From NCBI GenBank assembly GCA_965645245.1, contig OZ287075.1, positions 1,798,001-1,862,000 of the forward strand: DNA of 64,000 nucleotides. Direction: 5' to 3'. The DNA comes from Massalongia carnosa. Lineage: Eukaryota. Both the position numbers and the translations under genes were made by a program. Positions 37,346 to 50,471 of the stretch are shown here, in pieces; the first letter of the stretch is position 1; each line of letters opens with the position of its first letter. Below the pieces are notes generated by a model that ran no database searches, was not told the origin of the DNA, and saw only the letters and a program-made list of their open reading frames with translations.

Positions 37346-40300
37346 ATGACTGAACTAGCTTAGTAGGATACTCTTCATCAATTGCTTCTGCGCAAAATGC
37401 CATTTCAAGCTGAGTCGTTGAAGCAGCTGAGACTTTCTGAATATATTGACATCGTCCGACTGCGTAATTGCATCCATAATTGGTCTCACAGATGTAAGCT
37501 ATCGGCTAGCTAGCTAGCTCACTATATAAATCCATTTGGGCAGTCAAAGAAGCGCCTCAGAAAATAGAGAGGCTCTCAAAAGAGCTTAAATAGCTTTACA
37601 GTCTGCTTCAAAATGTTGCAGAACTTATTCCACTTCCTAATCATTACGGAAGATGGACAGCTTATGCAGTCCTTGCTGCAAGAATGTCAAGCAGAGCTCA
37701 CCAAAGTTGAGAAAACTACCGCACCCTTCCATGAAAGGCCTGGTAAAATCAAAGATTTGGCGAAACGTGTTCAATAGAAACAATGCATGACGGTATCCGA
37801 GACATTGGGTTCCTCACACGTAGGAGCCAGCAGCAGAGCAGCAGCTACGTAAACTTGATCATGGCATAAATCACCTGGAATCGATGCTTTCAGACCTCTC
37901 TTCGATAAAACTTGCCGAAAAATATATATCCACGCCACACATTGGTATAACATTCTGGGTTCGAAGCAATAATGCTTTCGTTGATGCTGATGAGATCAAG
38001 TTTCTATTCTGCAGTTTTGGACTCACGATCAGACTCTGCAAATTTTTAAAGAGAAAGTCAAGTTCCTGCTTAACGAGTACGAACAACTGATGGGCTTTTG
38101 TCATGAGGCTTCAGCTTTACGGATTCAACAAAGCCTTGAGAAGATGATCATGATCAATCGCAAGGACTTTCAAGTCATATGTTCAATTATCCTTGGACGT
38201 CGACACATATCCTAGGTCAAGCCGACGCAAAGGACGCAGTGGGGAGAATGTCTCATTTCAATACAATAGGACATCTTGAATTGAAATTTGAAAAGATTGA
38301 AGATGGTAATGGCTCACCGAGAAGCAATTCGAATACTTCTTTCCATTGTAACCCCAAATGATGATATTTATAGCACGGGTGTATATGCTTCGTCCGGAAA
38401 GGAGATGCAAATGGGATTTAATATTTTAATTATTCGGAGTTTACGTGAGATAAGAGTGTTTCCAGATCACCATTACGGCACAGCCTACCAGTTGCTCACC
38501 GCGCTGAGAAGAGACAATCTCCTCGACATATAGCTTATACTTTCTACTAAACAAGTTAGGCCTTAGGACAGAGATTGGGCAGGTCGGAACTTGCTAAGTG
38601 TATAATAACTCTCCTCATTTGAAGATGTAGCCATATCACTAATGTTTGCTGTTGTTTACCTGACAGGCTTCTCTGTAAATAATCAAAGTGGCAGAATTCT
38701 TGACTATCTGTTCCAAGCTGTTTGGGACTTAGAGAACTCTAGTCATCTGCTGTTCTATATCTGGATGAACTTTTTCAAAATTTGCGTGAGCGTCCTACGC
38801 TCATGAGAAAAGATCTCGAGCCATGGCTTCGAGCCTCCAGGCGAGCATTCGACGTAGATCAAACCTTAGACATTCATATTTTTTTCTCTGGTTCATTCTG
38901 CATAAAGCTAAGGCCAATTAAAACGTCGAAATTATTGATGATATTTGGAGTCATCTTATCAACCATGGAGTGAACAAGAACACCCAGACGAGTTAACCAC
39001 GGAGACTGCACTCCTCGAAACGGCACAATCAAACTGCAAAGATAGTTCGACGTGGACGCGAGTACTTCTGCAGTATGGCGCAGACTATTTGGCTGTAGGT
39101 ATTAACGGAAGTGGTCCCCTGCATTTGACGCTCAAGCGTGATACATATGCTTGTTCCCATATGCCCATCATTTCCCACGAAGAAATTCAAGAAAATCTGG
39201 TGCTCCTAATCCGAGGCGAATGTTCAATTGACGCTGTTGAGCACTTTAGACAGACTCCAACCGACATGGTACAAAAAATAAAATAAGCCAGTGCGCTAGA
39301 GCTGTCTGGATACGTGCGCTTATGGAAGTGGACAACTTTGATTGCAAGATGGAAAGGTTGTTAAGTGAGAAGGTAAGTTACAGCCTTGTGTTGTTTTTAT
39401 GATGATGATGATGATGATGATGATGATGTATTCATACTCCGATATGACACCGGCCGTAGGCCAGCCCATGCGGGCAAAGCTATCTAAGTTATGTTACATG
39501 GAAAACCTTTCACAGGTGTAAAAACCATGTCCCTTGATACCCGTCCGATGTGACTACGGGTCGACGTCGGGCGGGAGACGCAGTGCAAAAGACGTGTGGG
39601 AACTGTAATGCCTTGTGAAAAGAGAAGAAAGAAAGAAAGGTTCAACTATTGTTGATTTTACAATAATGTTGATGCTAGTGAGAATTGATTCAATAAGCCT
39701 GTTTTCATTAGCCAAGCAGTTAGTATCTTCAGAGTTTTTGATGATTTGGTCAGCTGCTGATAGTCGCTCGTGCCGGCGGCGCGAAACATCTGTTCTCTAT
39801 TGTCAATAAGTCTGCAGAACATGATTACATGTTCTGGAGTTTGTCTGTGCCAGCCACATGAGCAGGCCGGTGAGGTGACGGAGGGCACCCGGCGCTTGTA
39901 GGGGAAGTCAGCTAACCCGATCTTGCCAGTGCGGATTTGAGTTGTTAGAGCGCTTTCTGCCTTTTTTAGCTGCGTGTGTATTTTCAGCCGTTTTTTGCTC
40001 AGTGGGACTGATAGTGCTATGGAGGGTTCGATGACGCTATTTTGTTATGCGCACCACGAGTCGTTCCAGACCTTCATTTGTCGTGCTTTGATTGTTTGCA
40101 TCTGCTTGTGTCGGGCCGTTGCCGCAACGGTAGCTTCGCGGTGCCACGCCGGGTAGACTTCGAACCATGGTGGGTGTGCCTTTGGTGGTTGAACTATTTT
40201 TGAGTCGATCAGTAGTGTTGTTTTTATTGTTGAACGAGACGTACACATTATACGCGCTCGACTACTTTGGAAAAAGCGAGCTCATGCACACAAGAAAAAT

Positions 40301-40693
40301 AACAAAACACTAAAGCTAGAGTGGCCGGTGTTCGTCTATGAGAATCAGTTAGATTAGTTCTATGACGGTGAATGCTTCACAGAGTGTGAATACAACGATG
40401 ACGATGACGATGCCGAATATGGAGGTGATGAATGAGGTTGAGGACGGGGGACGAAGAGTGATGGCGATGACGATGGTGATGAAGGGAATCAATAACGAGG
40501 ATGCAGACGAATAAGGAGGAAGAGAAACGAAGGACATCCCCAAGGAAGACCAAATCCAGCAACTAAGACCAAGGCCGCCTTTTAGGACCGAGACCTGGAG
40601 GGCCGAATCTTCATCCGACACGTGGGTTTTAGGCGGAGTGCTTTGCCCACTTTTTGTGACTAGATATACCATGGTAGGGACTTTTGTACTCTG
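37346..40693 (+). pseudogene. Decayed gene: fungal N-terminal helical (HeLo-like/STAND N-terminal type) region plus ankyrin-like repeats, split by a LINE
   Basis: Fragments LRLSEYIDIV and LLQECQAELTKVEK...AKRVQ*, ankyrin-like LLQYGAD...GPLH and LLIRGECSIDAV...QTPTD. Many stops and frameshifts; acidic coding-like sequence resumes after the LINE at ~40230-40690. Confidence 0.45.
39401..40214 (-). mobile_element. 5'-truncated LINE retrotransposon insertion
   Basis: ORF2 C-terminus TQIRTGKIGLADF...CSCGWHRQTPEHVIMFC. The 3' end reads GAGTATGAATA plus a (CAT)n tail. 13-bp TSD GTGTTGTTTTTAT at 39388-39400 and 40215-40227. Confidence 0.92.
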
Positions 40694-42162
40694 ATGATAG
40701 ATTGATGTGGGAGATATTGAAACGTAAAGTGTGCTATTGTTGTCGTTGTTTATCGTCAGTTGTGTTGGGTTTTATCAGTTTAATAACTATCTATGATTGA
40801 TGAGCATATTATACATGTATACTTTGTTGCATGAACCGCAAACAGGAGAATAAGAAATGCAAAAGGGGGTTTATATGTCGTTATCTCCCGCTCCTCCCTC
40901 TGGAACTATACGTTTGTATTCAGCTGATGAAGATACAGCAGACCAAGATTTTGTTGTTTTTCTCTATCAGTTTGATCGAAATCGTATGCATATCGTTTTA
41001 CACTGAATGCCCAACAAGGTAATCCTCGTGGGGGCGTTGCAAGTCCGAAAAAGCATTTCCCAAATTGATACTCTTTCTCTTGCTCTTGCAATGCGCCACT
41101 CAAAAACTGCTAGAATCAGCCATTACTCGGGCAGAACAACGAGCGGTTCAAACAATCAAGAAAAAAAGGTAGATGTAGAACGAGTTGAGAACTTTAGAGA
41201 GGCCGATGAAATAGACATAGGAAAGCATGGAATTTGAGGAATCACAGATATTGCCACAGAGGGGCCAATTTGTTGGAGTGGACATTCTATCCTGTCCGCC
41301 ATTACGTATACTTTGGTGTGGGAGAAGAGGGTAAACATACCGTAGCTTGTCTACTTTTAAGCAATAAGTCAGAAGGTTTTGCTCCTGCAACCTGATAAGA
41401 CCGGTAACCGTTCAACAGAGAAGTAAGTTTAAGTATAATTTGCTTTTTACATGTTGCGTTTACTTCCTGATCGACTGAGCATCCGACCTACGAAATATCA
41501 TTAAAACATCTTTCGCATACAGCTGAAACGAGTCACAAGCTTTCCAAGAGTCAAAACTGAGATGATAGTGTCATACAAGAGCAGCATCAGACAGTCGAAT
41601 CTCCTTGGTGAATGCTCAAACCCTCCCGATCCAATAGATGCATCATATCTATTGCTGCGTCTAAGGTTTGCGAAGCTAGACCTAGATCTATCGAAACCTA
41701 TTGAAATATAAGTAAGCGATTCTACAGACTTTTCTTTACCTCAACACTAACAGCCCAAGCGGCTTGCGTTCATCGCTTTCTTAATTATGCCACCACTCGA
41801 TGTTATAGACTCCTAGCACTGGTTTCGATGTTCATGTAGATTTAAGCTTCTTCAGGTGCGGCATTTGGTATGTATTTAAAAACCATGCATATCGTTGGCT
41901 GAAAGCTTTTTTGATCATAAGCAAAATGGAGAAAGTATCATGGTATTAAGAATTGGGTCAACAAGCACTAGAGATTCCAACTACACCTATGGTTCGAGGA
42001 AGCTTTCTTTCCCTTCGCCTGCCTAGCAATCACGTGATTTCGCACCAGGCTCGCGACATCTTAACACTTGTTGCCTACAGAGATTCCACGTTTAAACGAA
42101 ACTTCTTTCTATCTTCCAATCTTTCAGAACTCGCATTCTAAATTCCCATTGTTCCCTTCAAT

Positions 42163-44977
42163 ATGCCTCCAGTGTTCAAAGATTGTACAATAGCCTTAAG
42201 CGGAACATTCGAAGATACTCATAGTAAGCTTGAATCTGGGCCGGGGAGGCATGTCCAGTGGAACTATCTGCTTCAGCTGACTTCTTGATACGAATTTCAG
42301 AGAACATTGGCAACCAAGTTGCAAGCAATGGCGGTACACATTCCAATAAAGTTACCAATACTTGCACCCATCTTGTGGTTACCACAAAGGACTTTGAAGC
42401 CAAAAGCGCAAAAGGTAGGTTAATCATGTTGAGGTTTGCTCATAAATCAATTGGTTTGATTTTCACTGTTTCGTGGTCTAGGACGTAGTATAATTTTCAC
42501 TTCTGATGCCATCACACAGTAGGCTTCTTGAATTTGTTATTTGATTGTTCACTTTGGGTGATCTTTCATGTCGAGAGTAAGGAGTTTATTTGTTTTATTA
42601 GGAAGGAAACAATCTGAAGCAATGCGTCATTTTGTACTCTGCAGCCTTCACCCGATCAATCAATTCAGCTTGAACTTAATTGCTACATCTTATACCTTTT
42701 TGGGCATATTCACAATCAAGGTTATTTCCTTACTTGGTTCTTCAATAGCTAAACTTGGTTTCTTTCAAAGTGCAGCAAGCCAGCAATAATTCTGAGATCA
42801 AAGTTGTCGGTTACGAATGGCTTGTTGACTCTATTAGTGCTCGGAAGAAAGCCAGTGAGGAGAAGTACGAAATGGCCCAGCCTGCTGTTAAAGATGTAGG
42901 CAAAAAGGGCAAGAAACGAGCTCGGAGTGAGACACCTGTGGCCGCCGAGAGTGCTAGCAAGCAGGAGCAGGAGCAACAGAAGCCGCCAGATAAGAAACTA
43001 AAAAATGGTCAAAGCTCGACATCACGCCCAATCACCGTCCCGGTTGATGAAGTACTGCGAGACGGTAAGTTGCGGAAACTGCTGGCTTACTTGCGATTAC
43101 ATATGGTCTTGTAGTGTTATAACTTCCGGCCACCTATACAGTTACCTCTTGAATGAGTAGTTACTAACAAGACATTAGACAAGTTCGTTGTGTTCATCGA
43201 TGATGATGGGACAATATATGATGCAAACCTGAACCAAACAGTCTCAGGCGCAAATGCAAACAAGTTTTACAAAGTTCAGATTCTCAAGGAAAGGAACGGT
43301 GAGCTGTTTCACACCTATACGAGATGGGGTAGAGTGGGAGAAAGGGGTCAGGACAGTTTTGTTGCGCAGAAAGTTGGCTTAGAATACGCCAAAGCAATGT
43401 TTGAGAAAAAGTTCCGGGAGAAGACTGGCCATCCGTGGGCTAACAGGCTCAACCCACCCAAAAATGGCAAATATACATTTCTTGAGAGGAATTATGATGA
43501 GGATTCCGACGAAGAGAACGATGCTGATAAAAAGCCCTTGGAATCCTCCAACCAGCAAAATGGTAGGGATACGCGTCCTGATGAGCCGGAGAGCACCTTG
43601 TCAGAACCGGTGCAATCCCTCATACAGCTTATATTTAACATTCAGTTCATGTCTGCTACCATGAACGAAATGAATTATGACGCGAACAAGCTTCCGCTGG
43701 GGAAGCTAAGCAAACGAACTTTAATGGCAGGGTTCGAGAAGCTCAAGGCTCTCGCAGAGCTTTTGGTAGATGCATCGCTTGCTACTTCAGTACATCAAAT
43801 GGGGTATAACGACGCAATTGGGCATCTGAGTGATGCCTATTACACTGTGATTCCTCATATATTCGGCCGACATCGTCCACCAACTATCGCTACCGAAGAG
43901 ATGTTGAAGAAAGAGATTGTTTTACTAGAGTCGTTGAGTGACTTGGGAATTGCAAACGAGATCATGAAGGATTCCAAAATTGGCGAAGGAAAGAGCATGC
44001 ATGCCCTTGATCGTCATTATAGTCGTCTTGAGATGGAGGAAATGACACCTCGTACGTGTAGCTTCTACTCCCGATGATAGTGCCGGAAGTCACTTCAACA
44101 GCGGTATATTTATCAAGACGACATAATACTTACACCACGCAGTTGAAAGCAACACAAACGAGTTCAAGCTGCTTCAAGATTACCTCTTAAACACCCGTGG
44201 CTCAACCCACAATCTTAATTTTAAGGTATCCTTTCATCTGCCTGTTACGAACGAAACCTGATGCCTAATATACATCCTTTAGCTCCAGGAAATATTCCGC
44301 ATCGAACGGAAGGGTGAAGGCGACCGCTTCGCCAAATCGCCCTATGCCAGCATTCCAAGCGATCGTCGCCTGCTTTGGCACGGATCCCGCTGCACTAATT
44401 ATGGCGGGATTCTCTCCCAAGGCCTACGCATCGCCCCGCCGGAAGCGCCCGTCAGCGGGTACATGTTCGGCAAAGGAGTTTACTTGGCTGACATGTCGTC
44501 CAAGTCGGCCAATTACTGCAACTCGTACTCCTCGGGCAAGATCGCGCTACTGCTACTCTGTGAGGCTGAGTTGGGGAAACCGATGTATGAAGTGACGCAT
44601 TCGAGTTATCAAGCCGGGGAGGAAGCGAAGGCGAAGGGGTGTGTTGCCACGTGGGGCCAGGGAACCACGGGGCCTGTTGGCTGGAAGGACGCGGGATGCG
44701 TGCATAACAATCTCAAGGGTATCTTGATGGTGAGCTCCTAGTCCACTGGTCCGTGGCTCACTTCCCAGCATCGTCTGCTAACCCAGATCCACACTCCAGC
44801 CCGACACAACCAAAGCCCCAGGTCCAACGACTGCAAATGACGCATCTTTGCTATACAACGTACCTCACCCTACAATCCCTCCATTCCAGATATCGCTAAC
44901 CCCTAGCAAAGGAATACATCGTCTACGATGTCGCCCAGATCCGTCTCCGCTACCTCCTTCGCGTCGAGATTAGTTAA
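42163..44977 (+). CDS. Poly(ADP-ribose) polymerase (BRCT-WGR-regulatory-catalytic), multi-exon
   Basis: BRCT ([22 protein letters not shown]), WGR ([16 protein letters not shown]), regulatory LPLGKLSK, and catalytic triad LWHGSR / GVYLAD / YNEYIVY. Confidence 0.95.
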
Positions 44978-45571
44978 AGAACAAACCTAGGCGCCCCCCC
45001 CCCCTAAAAACCCCTCGATTTCGGTTTCGCGTTATGGTAGACTTCTCCTTCTGTTCCCTCACCCCAAATTTCTCTCCTTTGCCCTATGTGAAGTAGCAAA
45101 GAGTTTTTACATAAAATCAAAAAATCCCCGCGGAATCAAGAACTGGCCAACCCTCCCCCCCCTCGCGGCAAAACCCGTAGCAAAGCCCCCACAGCAGCGT
45201 TCTGGGAAAGGCACATCCTACCTACTTACCTACCTACCTAGCTATTCCCCCCCCCCCCCCCTTGTGAACAGGAGAGAGGGGCTAGGATGTTTAAGATAGG
45301 AAAAGATGGGAAAAAGCGAACGAGGGGGGGAGGATGTACATAGGTACGAGTGCTAATATATGTATACTATGTATCGACTAATTGATGCATTGATGGATTG
45401 ATGGTCAGCGATGTATCGATATGCATAAGTATAGGGAAGAACCCTGATTAGGAACCCCCCCCTTTATTTCAAAAAATAAAATAGCGGTTTCATAACAGAT
45501 CGTGATTCACTTGTGTCCCCTGCATCATATGTAGTTATAGAGTCCCACCAGCTCAAAAAATATATATATAT

Positions 45572-47901
45572 CTACACTCCCCAAACCCCGCCTCCTAGCC
45601 CCGCCGCCAACCCCCCCACAACCACCATCCACCATCGGCCCCTCACCGCCCCGGCCCCGCTGCTGGGGCTATACGCGCTAGGCGCCGGCGCAGATGTCGT
45701 CCCGTTCGGGCTAGCGTCCGCATGTTTCCCCTCCTTCCCAGGCACCTGGCCGCCCAGGCGATCGCCCGAAAAGGCCGTCCCGTTGCCGCCGACGCCGGGA
45801 AACAAATGAGTGGAATTGCCGTCGATGACGATGTAATCATGCACCAAGGCCGTCCCGTTCACCACGGCGTAAAACTGGTCGTTGGTGCAGGTGACCAGGT
45901 CCAGGATATAGCACGTGGGCTGCGCGCTCGGCGGCGGGGCCTGCCGGACTTGCGACGCCACCAGCTCGCCCTTGGTGCTATAGTCTGGAGAAGTCTCCGT
46001 GTTGACGGTCCCGGTGGCGATGTCGAGGCCGAAGACGGCACGCTGGAAGATACGGTAAGCGGTTTCGGGCTGGTAGGAGGGCACTTCGTGGCCCGCTTGG
46101 TAGACGCGCGAGAAGCTGTAGTTGCCGTGCTGCCGGACTTGGCCGCCGACGTAGCTGCTATTGACGACGATGTCGGCGTATCCTGCAGCGCGGAAGGCGG
46201 GGCTTTGGCTGTAGTTGACCGCGAGGGAGGCTTGTTCGCCGCCGATCCCTAGTGAGTTTACTTAGCTGAAGTAAACGATAGGAAGGGGATTGTGAGGTGG
46301 GTAGTGGAAGGGTTAGGACAAAATCGAGGGAACAAGACGCAGCTTACAGTTACAGGCGTAATCTCGATCGCCAAACATCAGGGAGACCTTGACACCCTTC
46401 TCAAGCAAGTACGCTATATCGGCCAATTGGCCACCGCGGATGTCTTTCCGAGCATAATCTCCGGTGGCGTCAAAGGCTGTGTAGACTCCATTGTTGGACT
46501 CAGTGTAATTAATCGGTACCCCTAGGGCGCCTTGCACCCAATGTTGCGAGAGAAAGCCCAAAAAGTACGGATGGGGAAATGGAGTTGGGTCAATGGATGC
46601 GATATCGTAATAGTTGCGGCCGGAATAGGAGATATATTGCCCCTCCACTTCGTCTTCGCAGTATCTAGATGCGTTCTGGCAAACCGCATTGACAAAGTCG
46701 TTGGCGCCAAACGCGTTCGGATCGTACTCCGACGCAAGGGATTGACAGTGCAGAATCTGATCCTTGCAACCGGTTACCGGGCGATAGAAATTGTCCAGGG
46801 ACTGTTTGTAGAGAGTCTCATTGATGGCTTGAATCCCATAGGTATTGTTGTGGGCAAACTCGGGGTACGAAAGTTCTTGTTCCAAAAGATCTATGCAGCC
46901 GTTCACTATGCCTAGCGTATCTAGATGAATTTCAAAGGTATCCCCCACTTCGGTAATGGTCTTGTTGGTGATCCGCTCGTTTTGCTCCTCAAAGAATGCG
47001 CTAAACGCCGGTCCATACCGACCGCCGTACTGGATCTACGTAAGCGACACGTTCGCATTGGGAACAACAATGTAACTCACAGACTCAGTAAAGATGGAGA
47101 TTTTATCATTGTTGGGCTTGTAGGCTGGGAACTACAGATCAAGAATCAGTAGGTTCGGTCGCGAGGATCTTGGTCTTCTGACCTCCTGAAACCATGCTTG
47201 AGCAAAATGCCACAGTGCTCGGGCGGCATTGGCCGTATCATTCGCTGTCGATGTGGGGCTCTGAGATGGAAAAGTGCCGACGTAAAAGGTGTTATTCTGC
47301 TTGGGAACTCCTTTGGAAAAATCCTCTAAGGTTATCTCGCCCGTTTGCGTATCTAAGGTTCCGTTACTGGGTATATCGTATGAAAATCCGACTTGGTTCG
47401 GTTGGTCGATATAAAGCATGTTGACCTCGTTATTCCAGGACCAGGGATTCAAGGTGGATGAGTTTGAATCGACATTGATGTTACACGGCCCGTTTTCTTG
47501 CAGCAAACCTATCAGGGATGACGAACCGGGTCCTCCGTTCATCCAGATGGAGAGAGGTGCATTGGCCGGATCTTTCCGCGATTCGAAAAACCAAAAGAAT
47601 GTATTGATCGAATAATTCTGGTACTGTTTTACATCCGCCAGCGTTCCAGGTGGTAAATGGACGTATCCTGCATAAGACTTGACACCTGGGGTTGTCTCGC
47701 AAAGTCCTGGCTATGAGGAATATATTACTATTAGCACGGATGAACAGCAATCCTGGCAGGGTCAAGACCCACCTCTTTGTAGGATATGGAGATGCCATTG
47801 TCTAACTTGGACTGAACCGTCGTGACGCCCTTGGGGGTAGGAGGGAAATGTGCGAGGGCCAATCCTACCCATCCAACTAACGCTGCTGCCCAAGACCGCA
47901 T
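45572..47901 (-). CDS. Serine carboxypeptidase (S10), secreted, with possible GPI-anchor tail; multi-exon
   Basis: Signal peptide; [40 protein letters not shown] and [12 protein letters not shown]; hydrophobic C-terminus. Confidence 0.94.
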
Positions 47902-49208
47902 TTTTTCAAAACCACCAAAGTGACAATGATGAGCACATGAAAGGAACGAACGAAAAGCAGGAGAGATCCAGTAGAACAGAAATAAAACTGATGGGAGCAA
48001 GAACTGGTAATCAAAATAACTTTAGACATTCTCAAGGTCTCGGTTTGAGGCTTGAAGAAGCAGGTGGCAGCCACCTGCTTGCTTTGGATGGCGGGCCGAG
48101 TGAGATAGATTACGGACATTCAGTCGACCCCAGTCCGGTTGCTCTCATTCAAAAGTCGTAACGATTATCGAGTTTAGCGACACGAATTTATGAAAATACC
48201 CCACAGCCACTCGGGAGATATTCGGGAACCAAGAGATAAATCCTTAAAGAATAATGACTTTATCGTACTGGCCAATGCTTTGCACAAGCTAATGAGCTCA
48301 TGAGACGCATAGAAGCGTGACGCTGATTATCGATGAGTCTGCCACGCCGTCAAAGCTTCTCTCCCGAGATGCTGCATGAATGATTAAAGACCTTCCAGAA
48401 ACGGACTGAGTCCCCCGACCTCCGGTTCCTGTGTCGAGCGCATCTAGGCGATGCTCGGGGGGGATCAACCGAGAAAGCGAGGAGCTTATTCATCTATCAT
48501 CTTTTTCATCATATCAGCTTTGAGTTTCTTGATTTTCCGAGCGCAGATCTTCCTTGTAATCCGGCAATCGTGAGATTAAAACGCTTGTAACGGATGTCCC
48601 GTGTAACCAACTGGGTAAACAACTGGACATCTTGTTTCTAGATGGAGCGATTGGGAATAATTGGCTGGATGCATTTATTCCCTCTTGTCCAAACTCCGTA
48701 CTATGTATTCAGCCATCCTTCTTTTCCTGCAATCCTTTGTTTCTCTGCCTTGACAGTAGCGTCTTCGTGGTAAAGCTTATGGACTGCGATAAGATAATGT
48801 GAAAGGGAAGGTAAGGGAGAGGGGAAAGGGGAAAGGGGAAGCCGTTGATCTGCATCAGGAAAGTCATTAGGCTCGGCAGTCGGTAGTTACTTATCCACTC
48901 GTGACTCGTACCCTAACCCGCTAGTCAGCCCGAGTAGCTCGGAAATGAACTTCGTAAAGTGAGCGAGGTAATTACGTAAACAGCACGTGAGCACCTCCAT
49001 ACACAGTACCGAACACGTAACGATACGTACGTTCAAAAGTTTTCTCGGAACAAGCTTCTAGTGATGAAGATTTCGGTCAGCTGAATTAAACATAATCAGA
49101 CTAGTGATGGGTTAAGTGCGCATCATCCAACTCGGAACGTTCGCCAGACAATCTTCATGTAGTGAATCTGTTCAGGGAACCTCCTCGCCCTAAACGCATG
49201 CCTTTTCT

Positions 49209-49899
49209 AACTAATACCGGGACTCATTCTCTAGGTTAACACCCCCAAGTAAGCTAATCGTGCTAAACCACTTTCGGAATGGAATAAGGGATGCCCTTCC
49301 ATTCCGAAAGTGGTTTAGCACGATTAACTCGATTGAGTATAAATTTCCCTCGGACGCAGAAACAACTGAAGAAAACATTCTGAAATTCAGGTGTGTTTTA
49401 GACAGTCGTTTGATGCTTCCTCGATGATCGTTTTCAATGAATTGAGCTTCATTTCGTATTTACATTCGAAAGGCATGAAACAAATCCACTTCATCTACTT
49501 CAATCGATTGGATAGCTTCACCGGAGACCACCTCTTCATCTTGTGCCGGCTCATCATTCCTCTCTCTGCCCCGTCCTCGCCCTCGCCCCCGTCCTCGATC
49601 TCGCCTCCGCCTCCGCCTCCGCCCCCGGCCCCGCCTCGGAGGCCCATTTAACATCTCCTCGACATGTTCGAACTCTGATAACTCCCGTTGAGTAGAGTTA
49701 TCAGCCTTTCGTTGCTCTTTCCGATTGTAAACGCATCGCGATTGTAGGACGCCCTATGAAATGCATGCAGGTATGAGTGCGAAATTTTCGAAGTTCCAGC
49801 TCCGGAACGGATAAACTATCCAATCGGGTTAGCCTAGTTACTTGGGGGGTGTTAACCTAGGGTGTCAAGGTAGTGAAAAGGGGTGTCCCGGTATTAGTT
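49209..49899 (-). mobile_element. Internally deleted Mutator (MULE)-like element with long imperfect TIRs
   Basis: Inverted blocks AACTAATACCGGGAC, CTAGGTTAACACCCCCAAGTAA and GCTAAC.CGATTG at both ends. Internal minus-strand remnant GRP...NSTQRELSEFEHV followed by an RG-rich stretch resembles fungal MULE transposase C-termini. Confidence 0.65.
49257..49324. mobile_element. 68-bp TIR-only pogo/Fot1 micro-element nested in the MULE TIR
   Basis: Perfect 28-bp inverted repeats with a 12-bp spacer and TA on both sides. The first 25 nt match the TIR of the 16864-18805 element at 24/25 positions. Confidence 0.88.
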
Positions 49900-50471
49900 C
49901 CCCTTTTTAACCATGATGAGACGTCTGAGGTATATCAGCCTTGAGGCTAGCCGGTACCATTCAGATCTTCGTGGGTAGGAGAGGAGGATTAGTCCTAGCT
50001 ATTTGTTCCTCACTCGGTTGTCAAGTCATTCCTCAAATATCGAGTGTCTCTAGATATGATATAGTCTGCATTGATCTACCATATCCGATCTCTTTATATC
50101 TGTTGATGAGAGGGCCTGGGAAACGAAGCTATCCAAGGGTCACATGACTTCGCCGAGCTATCGGCACTTTTGAGTTTTTTCCGGTTGAGTCTTGATAGTC
50201 TTTCTAATAGTTATAGATGGTCCTTTTCCTTAGACATAGAGCAAGCACGCTCGTAGCAATAGCTACAACAACAGCATCTACACATACAGCTCACATACAG
50301 AGACACGAGGCACGAGGCATACAGTGACTAGTCTAGCTATTGTTCTTATTCTCTTGTTTGTTTGTTCTCCTGTACTTCCAGCAGTAGTGGACCACGCACA
50401 CCACCCAGTTCATCCCTCCAACACCGTGAAAAAGACCGGGGCTACATCCGGTGTGAAGGTAACAATCAATC

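Noticed and set aside
40800..41700. Coding-like fragments upstream of PARP
   Set aside because: Short, stop-ridden and with no identifiable family.
5445..47615. Many antisense and alternate-frame ORFs overlapping called genes (e.g. 5445-6110, 29788-30297, 45722-46252)
   Set aside because: Expected shadows of GC-rich coding sequence.
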